Source: Octopus sinensis (taxonomy: Eukaryota). Taken from it: a stretch of DNA of 64,000 bases. Of the stretch, positions 48,961 through 62,811 are shown one piece after another. The notes beneath the pieces were generated by a model, which did no database searches, had not been told where the DNA came from, and saw only the letters and a list, made by a program, of their open reading frames with translations. Numbering within the stretch: position 1 is the stretch's first letter; each line of letters opens with the position of its first letter. The stretch is from positions 88,164,001 to 88,228,000 of the forward strand of contig NC_042999.1 of the NCBI RefSeq assembly GCF_006345805.1, written 5' to 3'. The position numbers were made by a program, and so were the translations under genes.

Positions 48961-49490
48961 CTTCAGTGTCACGGCTATTCATTGGAAAGCGACCATCTGA
49001 GATTTGCCGCCAATGTGTGGTCACGGACTGGAGGCTTCCATCTTTCCAGGCCTGCCTCCAGTGCCCACGATACCATCGACATTGAGCTTTTTGAGACAGA
49101 TTAGAAAGACGAAGCCATTGTTTGAGATGATCGTGGCTGCACGACGACCACGCACACGCACTTGGCCTGGGAATTCTCCACTGCGGCTCAAGAATTGAGA
49201 TGTGCAGTCTTGATGAGGCTAGTTGCAGCGAGCTGCCTGAGTCTATCCGCTTTTGTTACGCCTGCCCGCAAGGCGTTGTCCTCTTCCGACGGTGTCAGTC
49301 CTTAGGGGCTTGAGATAGACCTCCTCCGCTTGCTCCGTCGCTGGGGTCTTGATGGTGTTTGAGACTTCATCCTCGACCTTGCCGCCATGGGTGGCCCTAC
49401 CGGGAGTCTAAGACTCCAGACGGTATCGCTCTCAGAATGATTGGAATACACAAGCTCTTCCACCACGACAAGGGACGACCATAGGAATAG
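48960..49490 (-). mobile_element. 5' end (5' UTR) of an RTE-clade LINE, 3'-truncated
   Basis: Minus start ..CCTTGTCGTGGTGGAAGAGCTTG..GTAGGGCCACCCATGG resembles the 5' ends of BovB/RTE elements. GC-rich island. Confidence 0.6.
49419..49490 (-). ncRNA. Candidate HDV-like ribozyme at the RTE 5' terminus
   Basis: P1 CUAUUCC/GGAAGAG (6/7), J1/2 UAU, P2 GGUCGU/ACCGUC (5/6), P3 CCC/GGU (2/3), L3 UUGUCGU, J4/2 GCGAU. P4 is weak. Confidence 0.5.
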
Positions 49491-49537
49491 ACACACACAT
49501 TTATGTATATAGACAGATATACAATTAGATAGATAGG

Positions 49538-50065
49538 TAGTGGTTCTCAAACTTTCCAAAATATTTTTTCGATGATTCGTGGTCCCCTATAAAATGCAGG
49601 ATAATCAACATGGAAAAAATGACACACCTTCGTGTACTGTAATTTCATGACTGCTCATACAACCGCACTGCCTATAGACCCGCAATCCTTAAAACCACAA
49701 CTTAATCCAGGCAATGTCCAATTGGGATACAATAAATGGACATGAAAACATGGGGAATCAGTTGATCAATTGGGTACAAAGCAAATGAGAAGCGAAAAAT
49801 ACCAACAGTATATATACGATCAACCAATGCGTTATACCCGCATATTTTCCATTTGTGATTAGCAAATAAGTGCGTAGACGTGGCGTGGGTTTTGGGGGCC
49901 AATGACAAAAAAAGAATGATAGCATGCGAAAAATTGAAAGTGTTGAAATTTTTTAACTGTCTCAAGCCACCCCCGTTTTCCCGATACTTCAGCGACCCTT
50001 CGCAGTGTGCCTTAGATCTGTTCGTGGTCCCCTAGGGGACCGCGGCCCCAGTTTGAAAACCACTT
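49538..50065. mobile_element. hAT (Charlie-like) MITE inside an (AGAT)n tract
   Basis: Ends AGTGGTTCTCAAACT / AGTTTGAAAACCACT; subterminal TTCGTGGTCCCCTA repeated at both ends. TSD obscured by the microsatellite. Confidence 0.65.
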
Positions 50066-50113
50066 GATAGATAAATAGATAGCTAGCTAACTAGATAGAT
50101 AGATGGATAGATA

Positions 50114-50392
50114 TGTTTCTTTATTAACCACACAGGGCTGCACACAGACGGAACAGATTACAAAGTAGAGCTTTTCTTTTGGGGGGAAAAAAGGTGGGGT
50201 AGGTTTTCGATCAAAAGGGATCGTAATAGGGAAAGAAGAAAAAAGAAAAAAAGGAAAAGAAACAAAAGAAAAAAACGATCAATAGGGATCGTGTATCACA
50301 GTGTCATGATGTAAGGTGTAAAGGGGGAAGCAGGTAAGGTTTATCCATGGGAAGAAAAGCCTACGGAAAAGACCACGGTAACCTCTGTCAAT
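50114..50392 (-). mobile_element. 5'-truncated LINE 3' UTR with the SINE-B/Tx1-type tail
   Basis: Reverse complement ends ..ctgtgtgcagccctgtgtggttaataaagaaac. Confidence 0.55.
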
Positions 50393-53300
50393 AGATAGAT
50401 AAATTGATAGATAGATACGTCTATGGCACCTACACGCATATTTTCAAACATTATACAAGCAAACAAACAAGATAATGTAAATCATCTGAGCTATATTAGT
50501 TTGAGATTTACAGAAGAATATCTCCCAATACGTTTGAAAGCTGAAGTAAAAAGAACTAATGTTGGTTGATATTTCGCCAGAAAAGGTCATAAAATTGTAG
50601 AGCAATTTAAATCACGTGTTGTACGTTGTGTGTGTGTGTGTTTGTGTACAGGTATACCTCTATCATATGGAAAGGACCTAGATAGAATATGCCATTCCAA
50701 ATCAAATTCCGGTTCTGATGTCTTTTTTTTACATAGGTAGTTATTCATCTCACTTGTCCAAAAGAATATCTAACCACTACTCTACATTTAGGCAACAAAA
50801 CTGGGCTTAGTAAATTAATTTGGTCTCTAAAGGAACATAATAAACAATTTGATTTGGTCCTTTCCATATGATAAAGGTAAATCTTCTTGTCAGCTCTGTA
50901 TCGACGAACTCTGTCCCATCCTGTTCTCAGAGAATTCTCTTGTAAACAAGTTTAAAGAACGCGTTTATCGTTGCAAACATTGGCAGAAACATACTTTTAG
51001 TTCCTATATGCAATTTCTACCAACCTATAAAATTCGCCTTTAACTGTCTTCTTACATTTCATTTCCACTAAACATATCTATTTCCACGCCTTTAAACTTG
51101 ATATCCATTCATCCAACGCACTACATTTCTCCACTCTTGATTTTCTATTTTCTTTCTTTCTCCTACTTCTCTTTCTCTAAATTGCATTTGAGGTTAAATC
51201 TATTAACGTTTTTCTTTAAAAAAAATAACTTGCCAGCGTTCCCTTCATCATATACGCAGTCATAACATTCGATTAAAATGGCTTACTGATGTTGTTTCTC
51301 TTTTTTTCCTGATGAGAAGATCACTTTGTTTTGCATCATTTTATTCCCTCTGGAATAATAACAATGTTTTCTTCGAAACATATCGGAAGTATAAAGATTT
51401 GAATAACACCTGCGTTTAACTCTATTTCTTTATTTATCTGTTATACAAAAACATTTTACTAGACTCTGGAATTTCTACCTTTTAAGTAGGCTGTTACATC
51501 CTTGGTACTTATGCGAATTTTTTGCTACTCTGGTAACTATTTATTTTTCCCGTGTTATTTGTACACATTGAAAAAATACATACATTTAAATATATATTTA
51601 TGTATGTATGTGTATGTAGGTATATATATATTTTTTCATGTCTATAAGTATGTATATATGTATTTATGTATGTGCGCATGTGTATATTTGTGTGTGTGTG
51701 TATCTCAATAAACTACTTTTTAAGTACAATGCACAATATGTCTTTAGATAGCAATAATAAATATATTGGAAGTAAAAATGAAAAGGTGTATATCAAGTTA
51801 GAGAAAGGTTTGAAAGGTTCGCATTTGAATGCGGTAATCTCATAAAACAGAAAGATTTTAGTATGTACAAAAATAACTTCGATTCATAGTCAATAAATCG
51901 GCTAACAATCGATTATCGATACAATCGAGCGATGGAATTATAGTCTAACGCTTGATTTAAAAATTCAACAATGGATATCTACTTGAAAATATGGAAAACG
52001 AAGGATTTAATGGCGTTTGAGGATGATGTAGATATTTTAGTTTTCTATACGTTACAGAAGTTATAATTTTATAAAACCAACCAGCTGTAAAACATTTATA
52101 GTTTTGGGGCTCATATTTAATCACTTTCACGATATATATTTTCATAATGGCTTTATAACAATCATCTAGATGGCTTATTGTCCTGGAAAGCTACTTTATA
52201 ACTTTGTTCTGACTACATTAAACGTGTTCCGTTCTTTTAAACCATGTGCGACACGTAGCATATATTCAATGCAAATAAGCCACATTTAGGAATAATTGAA
52301 AAATTTTAAAACAAGCACAATATCGAAATTTCTGTTGTCTAGGAAGGGAATCGATTAAATTGTTCCCAGTAATAAACTAGTACTAATCTTTTATCCACAT
52401 CGTCATATTTTGGTTGGGTCAAAACTCCTCCACGACTTTAACTCACTTCTATTTCAGGTCCTGGTATCAGGTAGTCTGAAAATTACTCATAAGGATCTCT
52501 ATTGTTGACCGAGTAAAGAAAAACATCCATGTCATCTAGGCAACTACAGTATAGATGTTTGTAGACTAGTAGTCTATCATTCAAGCGTTCAATGCAACAT
52601 GCTACCATCTCCTCAGTTGTTCTTCGTGCTCCTCGTTCTGAATATCTATTGGCTCATCGTTTACTATTCGAAGAAATAAACATATGACGTCTCTATTTTG
52701 TTTTCCAATCGTTGTTTCGTTCTTGCCTTCCGGAAGAGTTTCCGCTTACTCCCTGTCATAATGATAGAGTACTGGTTGAAGAGAACTCTACAAAGAGGCA
52801 CTGTAGACAAGATGGGTTTTTCATGAGTCTCTGGAGCTGCGACTGGTGGTACTCTAGAAGCACTGGTTCCTCGATCCTGCGGTCTCTTCCACTGCTGTTC
52901 TTCTTCGCTTTCTTTTGCTGATTGCCCAGCTCAAGTTCCTCAAGTTCAGCAAACTCCTAAGTGAGTCTTAGTGTCACAGAGCTGTTTGCCTTGCACCAAA
53001 AATCAGATCGCTTTTTTTTCTTCCATCATAGTGGCTATAGCAAGAAAATAGACTAGTTGTCTTTAGGTTCATGTAGACCCTACCTGGTTAGGTGTTATTT
53101 CAGGAGACTTCAGTGCTCACCACTCTACCATACGTGGCACGATTAACTAAGGTTAAACCTCGATGTCTATGCTTCTCACTATGATGCTTGTGTGCCCTAT
53201 CCCACTATAGATTGCAGCACCAGATTGTTAGGTGTATAACACTCCAACTAGCCTGTCCTCTCCCCTCGGCTGTGATCTAAGAAATTTAGATACACATTTT

Positions 53301-53976
53301 CATATGTATTTTTCTCTGGTCGAAGGAAACGAAATAACAATCTTCCTAACACCAGTTTGGTAAAATCCCAGCGGCTTTGTTTGTGGGCATATGAAAAGTC
53401 CCTGCCTATTTATATAAACAGAGAGGTTATTTTGTTACTTCTTTTCGTTTATAATCCTCGGATAGAAAACTCTGTCTCTCATAACATATCACTACCATAT
53501 TATTCTTTCTTTCCATATGCTCAGCAATTGTTTTTGATACGACATTTGTCGAAGAAAAAGATGTTATCAAATACGACTTTATGAAGCAATAATTCAGAAA
53601 AAATTCGTCCTACAAGAAAACAGACTACGTAATATACCAAATTTTCTCAAATAAAGACACACTTGTCCAGTGTGTGTGCATGTAAAAATGGAGAAGAGAT
53701 TTTAATATTCTTTTAAATTTTAACATCTTCTCTTTTCCATTTTTAACAAATTTGTTGAGTTTGGTGGGATTCCTTTCCATAAATTCTCATAACACACCAT
53801 ATTCAGTATTATATTCATATTCTCAAACTTACGCCAGTAAGCTACCAGCAAAATATGAAGAATCTATATCAGAAATCTTTTTTGGAATCCTCCAAATTAA
53901 AGAACGAAATATAATTCAACCTTTTTACACACACGCACACACACACACATATATACGACGGGATTCTTAGAGAATG

Positions 53977-54049
<73 letters not shown>

Positions 54050-54051
<2 letters not shown>

Positions 54052-54282
54052 ATATGTGTTTGTCTGTCTGTCTTTGTCTTCCCATCATTGTTTGACAAAC
54101 CAATGTTAGTGTGTTTATGTCCCCCTAACTTAGCCGTTCGGCAAAAGTGACCGATAAAATGAGTACTAAGCTTACAAAGAGTAGGTCCTGGGGGGCGATT
54201 TGTTCGACTTGAAGGCGGTACTCCAGCATGGCCGCAGTGAAATGACTGAAACAAGTAAAAGAATAAAAGAATAAAAGAAAAT
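54050..54282 (+). mobile_element. SINE family A, second half and tail
   Basis: Homology to 47890-48104. Confidence 0.85.
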
Positions 54283-55411
54283 ATGAACAATTAACACCGT
54301 ACCTTATCACCTCGCATAAAATTATTGAGAATTAAGTGTAGGGAAATATTCATTTAGCAACTGACAATTGACAGTAATTGAATTTTTTAATGATTACCCT
54401 TAGTTTTAAAACCAAGATATTTGAAAATCGCCGGATTGCCTATATAACTTCTTTTAAATGCTTTACCTGCAGAATATTATGGCATGGATAGCTTAAAACT
54501 TCTCTGTGAAAACACTATTTACCTCTGAACGGAATACTTGTACTGTAGGTGTCTCTTGCTACTTATAACATTTTATAACCACAAAGTAGTTCTGTAGGCA
54601 TGGTTGTATTTCATAAAGCTTCAGGCAAGTTTGAATCCTGATTATTATAGAGATTTAAACAAGTTTGTAGCAAGTACGCTGTTTCTCGAAAACCTGATAT
54701 TTATCTAAAATTATGAAACTCACAATACACAATAAATATTCGGTGTTTGAATTTAAATGGCAATGTCTTGAATATAGGGCTTGAAAGTATTCATTTGGAT
54801 CTTTAGCTCTGAGTCAATAATGTCACACATTACATTCCCTATTAACCTTCTTTTACTCCATTCCTTACTGTTAACACTTCAGAGATTAGATTGCCTCTTC
54901 GGTTGCTTTCACGGAAATTTCAGTGGAATATTCATTTTTCTGAGATTCAAATTTAGGTGTCATAGTTTTATCTCCAGCGAATGGATTACACGATGATCAG
55001 TAGTAGCACTCCTCCAACTGCTAAATCTATCTACAGCGCTGAATTACGATTGCTTGAAAGTACACATTATGACGCTTCATGAATTTCGAATCTCTTTTCT
55101 TGATATTCCACGCTTCATTTAGTGTCCTCTTGAATTTTAAATTAAAATAATTCTAAAAATAAATTTTCGTTTCCAATTTCTATCGAAAAACTTGATTGGT
55201 TTATATAGAATATAATTATCCTCTAATCATAAAAAAAGTTTATATATCAACAGTGCTAAATTCCTATGTCTAAAGTATAACTATGTTTGATTCAAGACTC
55301 AAGTTTGAAGTTTTCCTAAAGTCAAGGAAATTTTACAAACAATCCTTACACCCTACCACCACTCAACCATTAATAAAATGTGATTCTCAACATCAAAAAT
55401 GAATAAATATA

Positions 55412-55423
<12 letters not shown>

Positions 55424-55483
<60 letters not shown>

Positions 55484-55490
55484 TAATAAT
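55424..55490. repeat. (AAT)n microsatellite
   Basis: Direct inspection. Confidence 0.95.
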
Positions 55491-56134
55491 TACAATTAAA
55501 CGGAAAAATTCTTTGTTATTTGAAAAATTGATGAGAAAATGATATAAAATATGTTTTGACCCAATCTAATATATGGATCTAGACATTCTAATGCAGGTTT
55601 CCAAAGGCATTAGAGGTTCCATATCAATAATTAAATGTAAAATTATATAAATATTGTTAATACTATAACTTAAATAGTATTGAACATAATCTGAGTTTAT
55701 AAGTGTTAGGTTATACTAATTTGTGAATTGAAACACATTTTCGGTAAGTGAAACAATCTGTCTTCGTCTCTCACTCCATCTCTGTCACATATATGCTCAT
55801 GTGTGTAAGTGTATGTGCGTGCGTGAGTGCGTGTGTGTGTATATATATGTGTGTGCGTGTGTGATTGTGTGTACGTGCGTGTTTGTGTGTGTGTGTGTGT
55901 GATTGGATGTAATATTGATTTTTAACTAAGACGCAGTGATTTAAGTTTTGGAGAAGGAAATGTTTTAATATATCAACCGAAAAGGAAGAATGGCAAAGTC
56001 GACTAAGAACGTCAACTATTGTAATTTTTTTTTAAACAATCTAACCATTCTGTCTATATCCAACAAAACCTTCAAGATTTATATTTTCCTTTCATGTATT
56101 TATGTAAATCTGTTCGAAAATTGATGTATTTTTT

Positions 56135-56348
56135 TTTTTTTTACTTGTTTCAGTCATTTGACTGCGGCCATGCTGGAGCACCGCCTTTAATCGAGCAAAT
56201 CGACCCCGGGACTTATTCTTTTGTAAGCCCAGTACTTATTCAATCGTTCTCTTTTGCCGAACCGCTAAGTAATGGGGACATAAACACACCAGCATCGGTT
56301 GTCAAACAATGCTAGGGGGACAAACACAGACACACAAACACACACACG

Positions 56349-56388
<40 letters not shown>

Positions 56389-56548
56389 TACGACGGGCTT
56401 CTTTCAGTTTCCGTCTACCAAATCCACTCACAAGGCTTTGGTCGGCCCGAGGCTATAGTAGAAGACACTTGCCCAAGGTGCCACGCAGTGGGACTGAACC
56501 CGGAACCATGTGGTTGGTAAACAAGCTACTTGCCACACAGCCACTCCT
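56135..56548 (-). mobile_element. SINE family A, complete copy
   Basis: Reverse complement of the 47702-48104 type, well preserved. Confidence 0.9.
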
Positions 56549-57130
56549 GTTTCTATTAATGTAGTAGATGCACTTAATTTGTGTAATAGACCTAATTTGG
56601 GTGGTAGCATTAATTCATGAGTCTAATTAACACATGTGTCTAGTCCTTTTCTTTTAGTGGCGTCTATTCTTTTGCAAGCATTCGAAACAGGTCATCAGTT
56701 TAAGGATAAATTCAAGCAGGTGCTACTAAAGATATTGAAAGATGCTTTATTTCGCAGTAATAACCAACAAAAAATGAACAATAAAACTTTACAAATTAGA
56801 TAATGTAGTTTCCTCTTGAACTACATGGTGCAGTTAAACGTGATATTTATCATATTTAGCTCATAATAGAATGACAACTTGTCAGTGAAGTTTTCTTTTA
56901 GGGTAATGTGTTAGATTTTTTTTGTGTGTGTTCGTTACTTTTTATATTATGTTTGTAGAGTTGTTGTACATTTTATTTAACCACCTATATAATTCATACA
57001 TGTTCTGTGTATGTGGTGACATACATTTTTAGTGCATAAGCTAGCTTGTTTGCTGTAAATGCATAGATAATAGTATCAATCATTTTGATTACAAATACTT
57101 TATTGATTACATGTGCATATATACATACAT

Positions 57131-57172
<42 letters not shown>

Positions 57173-57174
57173 AC

Positions 57175-57227
<53 letters not shown>

Positions 57228-59381
57228 TATATATATACGAGTGCGTGTGTACGAGTGCTTGTGTGTGTAGGCGTAGTTTGTCTGAATAATTAAGAATTTT
57301 TCGCAATATCGACGTCTCACGTTCAGTTGCATTGCATGAAGTGTGCCAACGGCACACATACTATGATACAGTGGTTTGATAAAGAAAATTTCAATGCAGG
57401 AGATGATATATCAGTGGAATCCATAAGTGGGAAACTTTCCTTCTAATTGAACAACTAAGGAGATATTTGACTGTTTCCCATTTTCAAGATTACTAATATC
57501 GGTTTCTCCGAATTTACCAAGAATCGAATAGCCTTAGTGTGTGACATAAACATACAGATTTTAGGAAAATATATTTGACGGAAATAGAAGAAAAGAGACA
57601 TAAGAAAGATAACTGCTTGCAACTTCCTTTATCATTGTAACATTCTACCACGTGTTTTGATATAAGTCTATTGCTAGTTAGGTCTGTATGCATGTACGAA
57701 GGTTCAGAGCTTAAAGCATGTGCAATCTTTCAAACTCATTAACTGAGTGACTTTAAGAGCCAAAATGTCTAAAATGTGATGGACTAGATACTGTGCAGAA
57801 GGTTGGGGGAATGCTTCGTTAGATGGCTTGATTAGGAGATAATAGGTTGATGGAGCAGACGTTGTGGCGATACCATGAAAGCTGAGTTTGTAGATAAGAT
57901 AGATAAAGAGTGTCAGTATTCATATTCTACTCAAGGTAGCGCGGTGTTAAGAGCACACACATATTGCTAGCAGTCGAGAATCGTCCGATACGGGCGCCAG
58001 AACTAACATATAACATATCAGCGTACTGCCCTTCCTCAGTGGCAGATACCAGCCAAATATCACTGTCAGCGATATATAAAATAACAGCGTTTCGAAGTCT
58101 CAGTCAGGTTACTAACATTTTAGTATTAGTATGAGTTGTTGGGTCTGGTTCCTATCTACGAAATTTTCTCTTGTTTAAATATTAATATATAAATATTTAT
58201 ATATTTCTGAAATAGTTAATGACTAGCAAACTCCTATATAATATCACTCAAATCTAGACAAAACGAAGAGCAATCCGTATGTGTAAAGCGATATCAATAA
58301 AAAGCCAAAGATATAGTATCTAAATTAGAAACTAGATCAACCATACAATACTTAGCCAAGTGTAAAAAATATAACAAAATAACAATGAGAAAGAGAAATT
58401 CATTCTAATTAACCCAGTCGAGAGTGAAATGGGACTGATTAGTAAACATATCCTAAATGATAACAATGCAATCAAGAAAGCCACAAACCTCTGACAATAG
58501 AACAATAGCAATGCTACGCGCGTGTGGTTTTACAATATTAGAAGCATAAATGTTAGCAGATTTACTAAATTCGATATTTTAAAATTTTATCATTCTATTT
58601 TCAAGAACTTGTTTCAAAAATCCTTAACATTTGCTAAGAAATTTTAAACTACAAACGATAGTGGCATATAAATAATCATGGATAACAAAAGCATTATCAT
58701 TTTATAAAAATTGTGACCAGAGAACAAAAACAATAATTTTAGTAAATATGACGTTATTATGGGTTAATTTTACGATTCTGAGCTACACTGTAGCGTCGGC
58801 TGAAATACTAATTTATTCACACATGCTTTCTAACTAAAAATCCCAGATACTGGCGAAACCTTTCAGAGTACTGTGATTCTGTGCATGATACAGAATAATA
58901 GATTTTACTTAAAGTTGCTTTCAACAATTCCTCCCAACAAAAATACTAAACAATGTTCGGTACTTCAAACTTGTGTTGCATATTTCTTTATTCGTCAAAA
59001 GATTTTTGACATCAGTAATTACCAGTGTAGAGCTGCATGGAATATTTTTGTCCTCATAGTGCCCTGCAATTAGCTTTTCTAAATCTGGTGGCGAATGTAT
59101 TTCCGAGCTTTAAATATTTCATCGCTATAACACGATTCTTTGTGATGTCAACATTCCGTATCTGTATATACTTTGTATCTTTCGGGATTTGGTGTCTATG
59201 GACATTTTATTGACCAACTGCGTTATTCCAGTCGTTATTAATCGTGATAAATTCCTTACATATATTAATACATACTTACATTTATACATATCTATATCTC
59301 TCTACCTACACATGCACGCGCGCACACGCACTCAGGCACACACACAAACACATATGAGAATTTTTAACATACATACCTATA

Positions 59382-59523
59382 TACGACGGGCTTCTCTCAG
59401 TTTCTCTCTACCAAATCCACTCACAAGTAGAAGACACTTGCCCAAGGTGCCACGCAGTGGGACTGAACCGGGAACCATGTGGTTCGTAAGCAAGTTACTT
59501 ACCACACAGCCACTACTACGCCT
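59382..59523 (-). mobile_element. SINE family A first half, with internal deletion
   Basis: Homology to 56390-56548. Confidence 0.85.
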
Positions 59524-59524
59524 A

Positions 59525-59561
<37 letters not shown>

Positions 59562-59802
59562 GTGTGTATGTATATACATACACACACACACACATCTATA
59601 GGATCGAAATGTAGAAGACTTTTCTATTTTTCCCGTGCGTCAAAGTAATAAACTTGCTTGTTGTTCCCACACTTGTCTTCATCTGTGTTTTTCTATAAAT
59701 TTGAACTATATATATATATGTGTGTGTGTGTGTACATATGCATATATGTATGTGTGCATATCTCTTTTTCTCTCTCTCTCTTTCTCCCTCTCTGTATATA
59801 TA

Positions 59803-59845
<43 letters not shown>

Positions 59846-60048
59846 CATATTTATATGACTTACATCTGCTCTTGAACCTCTGAAAGTTTCAAACTAAGCC
59901 ACTTCAAACAAGCACAGACATACAGGTATGTATGTATATATGTATGTATATGTGTGTGTACGTGCACACGCGCGTCTGTGTTTGTGCGTGTGCATATACT
60001 CTGCTATATTTATATATTACGCTCGAGTTTCATATTTAGTATCACTTA

Positions 60049-60097
<49 letters not shown>

Positions 60098-61334
60098 TTA
60101 CTTTGTATGAATTTTAGTATGCTTCTATTTGCGTATATGTAGGAGAGTATGTGCACACTTATATTAACATGTTAACTGAAAGATAGACATATGACAGTTG
60201 GTTATACTTCAGTACGTTTTTTCTTTTACTTTTTGTCGTAAAAATCTAATTTTATATCACTTGTATCTCTCGCCATATCATTAATGGCCTTCCTTCTGGC
60301 ACAAATAATAATATTTCTATGGAGACTGATTGCATCCGTGAAAACCAATTTACTTCAATATAGAAGCATTAATTTGCAGAGAACTTCTTTCATTACCTTT
60401 ATTCTGCCTTTTATTGATGTTTATTGCAATGGAATATAGAAATATTTTTTGGTTTCAAATGAACATTTAATTCTATTTTAAAAACCATAGCTCGATTATT
60501 GTAAGCTTGTTAATAAGATGGGTAACGCCCCCAAAAGAACACTTTAACATCTGACGTGTAAACTTTTATGGTAGCATTTCTCTGACAGTGATTGAATTAT
60601 TTGAGTTACAATCAAACTAGTATCATTTCAAATTAAGAAACAGCATGACTATGATTATATATTAAAGAAATACGTTGCATGAAGCCATGGTCAGTGGAAA
60701 CGTTTTCTAAAAACGTTAAATGAATATGGTTAGTGTACAAATCTAATTTTGCAGGCTTGTCGGTTTGAGATGAGTATTCATAAATGAACTGTAGATGCAC
60801 ACAATTCTGGGGAAGAAAGACTGAGTCAAGAGCTTAATCTGTGATCTTAGATTAAAATTAGGTTGTGCGTGTTAGAGAAGTGGCCTATATAAGTGAATTT
60901 AGGTTGTAAATTGCATATTTGAAGACTTCAGAAAACAAACTATTATAATAGTCATAGAAGAAATGAAATAAAATACAAATAGAAAGTTAGTGGATACTCA
61001 GTTAATAACTCGATGGCTCGTAATCGATGTCCACCGCTCATCAGTGTCAATTCACTCAATTTGGAGTACTCCATGAGAAAATGACACACCTCTAAATATG
61101 AAGAAGGTATTCATTCTGAAGCTAAAATGTTTTAATATACACTACTTTTTTTCGGATAGTTTGGCACGTTTAATCAAATATAGGAAAATTATTAACATAA
61201 CCCTGCCTTCAGTTCTATCTTCAGTATTTAAATATTTATTCGAAAATAAAAGAGGAAAATCATTCTTGACCTGTAATACGTACATGTATGTATGCATCCA
61301 TGAAAAATTGCATATATGTATGCATGCATAACAA

Positions 61335-62645
61335 ACTGCTGGTTTCCGAATCCAGTCGATTAATGGTACATTGAAAATGTTCCATTACATTTGTCCAAAA
61401 ACCGAAATCAAAATGGCTTTCGAAGACGATGATGAATTACCGGTCGAATTATAACGTTTTGGAGAGCTCTTGGAAGTGTGAAAGCTAAAAACGTAAATAC
61501 TGTTCTGTTTTCGTTGATTTCTCCAAAGCCTTCGGCTCGATTCATAGAAGTTAAATGGAAGAAATATTACTAGCACATGGGATACTAGATGAAACAATAA
61601 CAACTATGTTGGTATGCTCTACAAAAACACATTCAATTGTATGATCTCCAGATAGCGATACAGATTTCCTTGAAATTGTTGCAGGCGTGTTACAAGGTGC
61701 ACCTTAACACGCTATATCTTGATCATTCACTTGAATTACGTTCTCAAAATATCTGTTGGTTAAAGACAACGGATTCATACAACAGCCTCAAAGGAGTAAT
61801 AGATATCCTGCCACAAAAATCACAGATGCAGATTATGTTGATGATTTAGTGCTAATCTCCGGTCTAGTAAACCAAGTAGAAATCTTTCTCTGTTATCTTG
61901 AACATTCAATCAAAGGTAACGGTCTTCTTGTCAGGTTACAACTCAGACAAAACAGAATACATTAGCATAAATCAAAATGGAACAACCAAAATAGTATATG
62001 GCACACCTCTCAACTGAATAAAAGAATTTAGTTATCTACGTAGTAAAATCTCAAGCTGCGAAAACGACCCAAAAATTGTTAAAGCCTGGAGCGCTATCGA
62101 CAAGTTACCTCTAGAATAGAAATCTAGACTTCTAGATAGCATGAGAAGGAACCTATTTAAAGCAACTGCTATCTTTGTTCTGTGGTATGGTTGTCCACGG
62201 AACTTTACCTCAAAATGGCAAGGAAATTGTATGGAGCCTGTACACGAGTGCTAGGAGAGGCTTTGAATGTCGTCTGGATAGATCGCCTAACCACTGGGCG
62301 TTTAGATAATTTCGTCTAGTATCAGATATAATAAAAGTGTGTAGTTTCAGACATCATATGGAAAACTTCATCTGGTATCAGACGTCATCAAAGAGCGTAG
62401 AGCCAGATTCGCAGGATACTGCTGGAGAGCTAAAATCGAAGTTGTTGTTGAAGTTCTTTTATGGGAGCCTACGCAAGGAAGAGCTAGCAGAAGACGACAA
62501 TCTAAGATCTATTACATATGAAGCAGATTTGTAACGTCATAAAATACAATTCTTCTGGCCTACCGAATATGAAAAATAATAAAAATGAATTGCGATAGAG
62601 AGTCATGGGAATCCGTGCTAGCAGTGCGACCAGATGATGATGAGA
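61335..62645 (+). pseudogene. Decayed RTE/RTEX-type LINE, RT through 3' end
   Basis: VDFSKAFGSIHR, SPDSDTDFLEIVAGVLQG, ITDADYVDDLVLIS; ends in a GATGATGA tail at ~62635-62643. Confidence 0.82.
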
Positions 62646-62811
62646 TAGAAATGATCTTTCTTTTTTTTTTGTGAAGTTTTTTGAAAAGAACAATTCATAT
62701 GAAACTGACGGATCACTCAATACGTATTTATGAATTTTTACAAGGAAATGGTTAACAGAGATTTCGAATTTTCAGCTTATGGACCATAACATAGTACATC
62801 ACCACTCTATG

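Noticed and set aside
2739-60110. Dozens of ORFs rich in YI/CV/HT dipeptides or poly-L/N/V/P
   Set aside because: They are translations of TA, TG/CA, AAT, CTA and GTA microsatellites.
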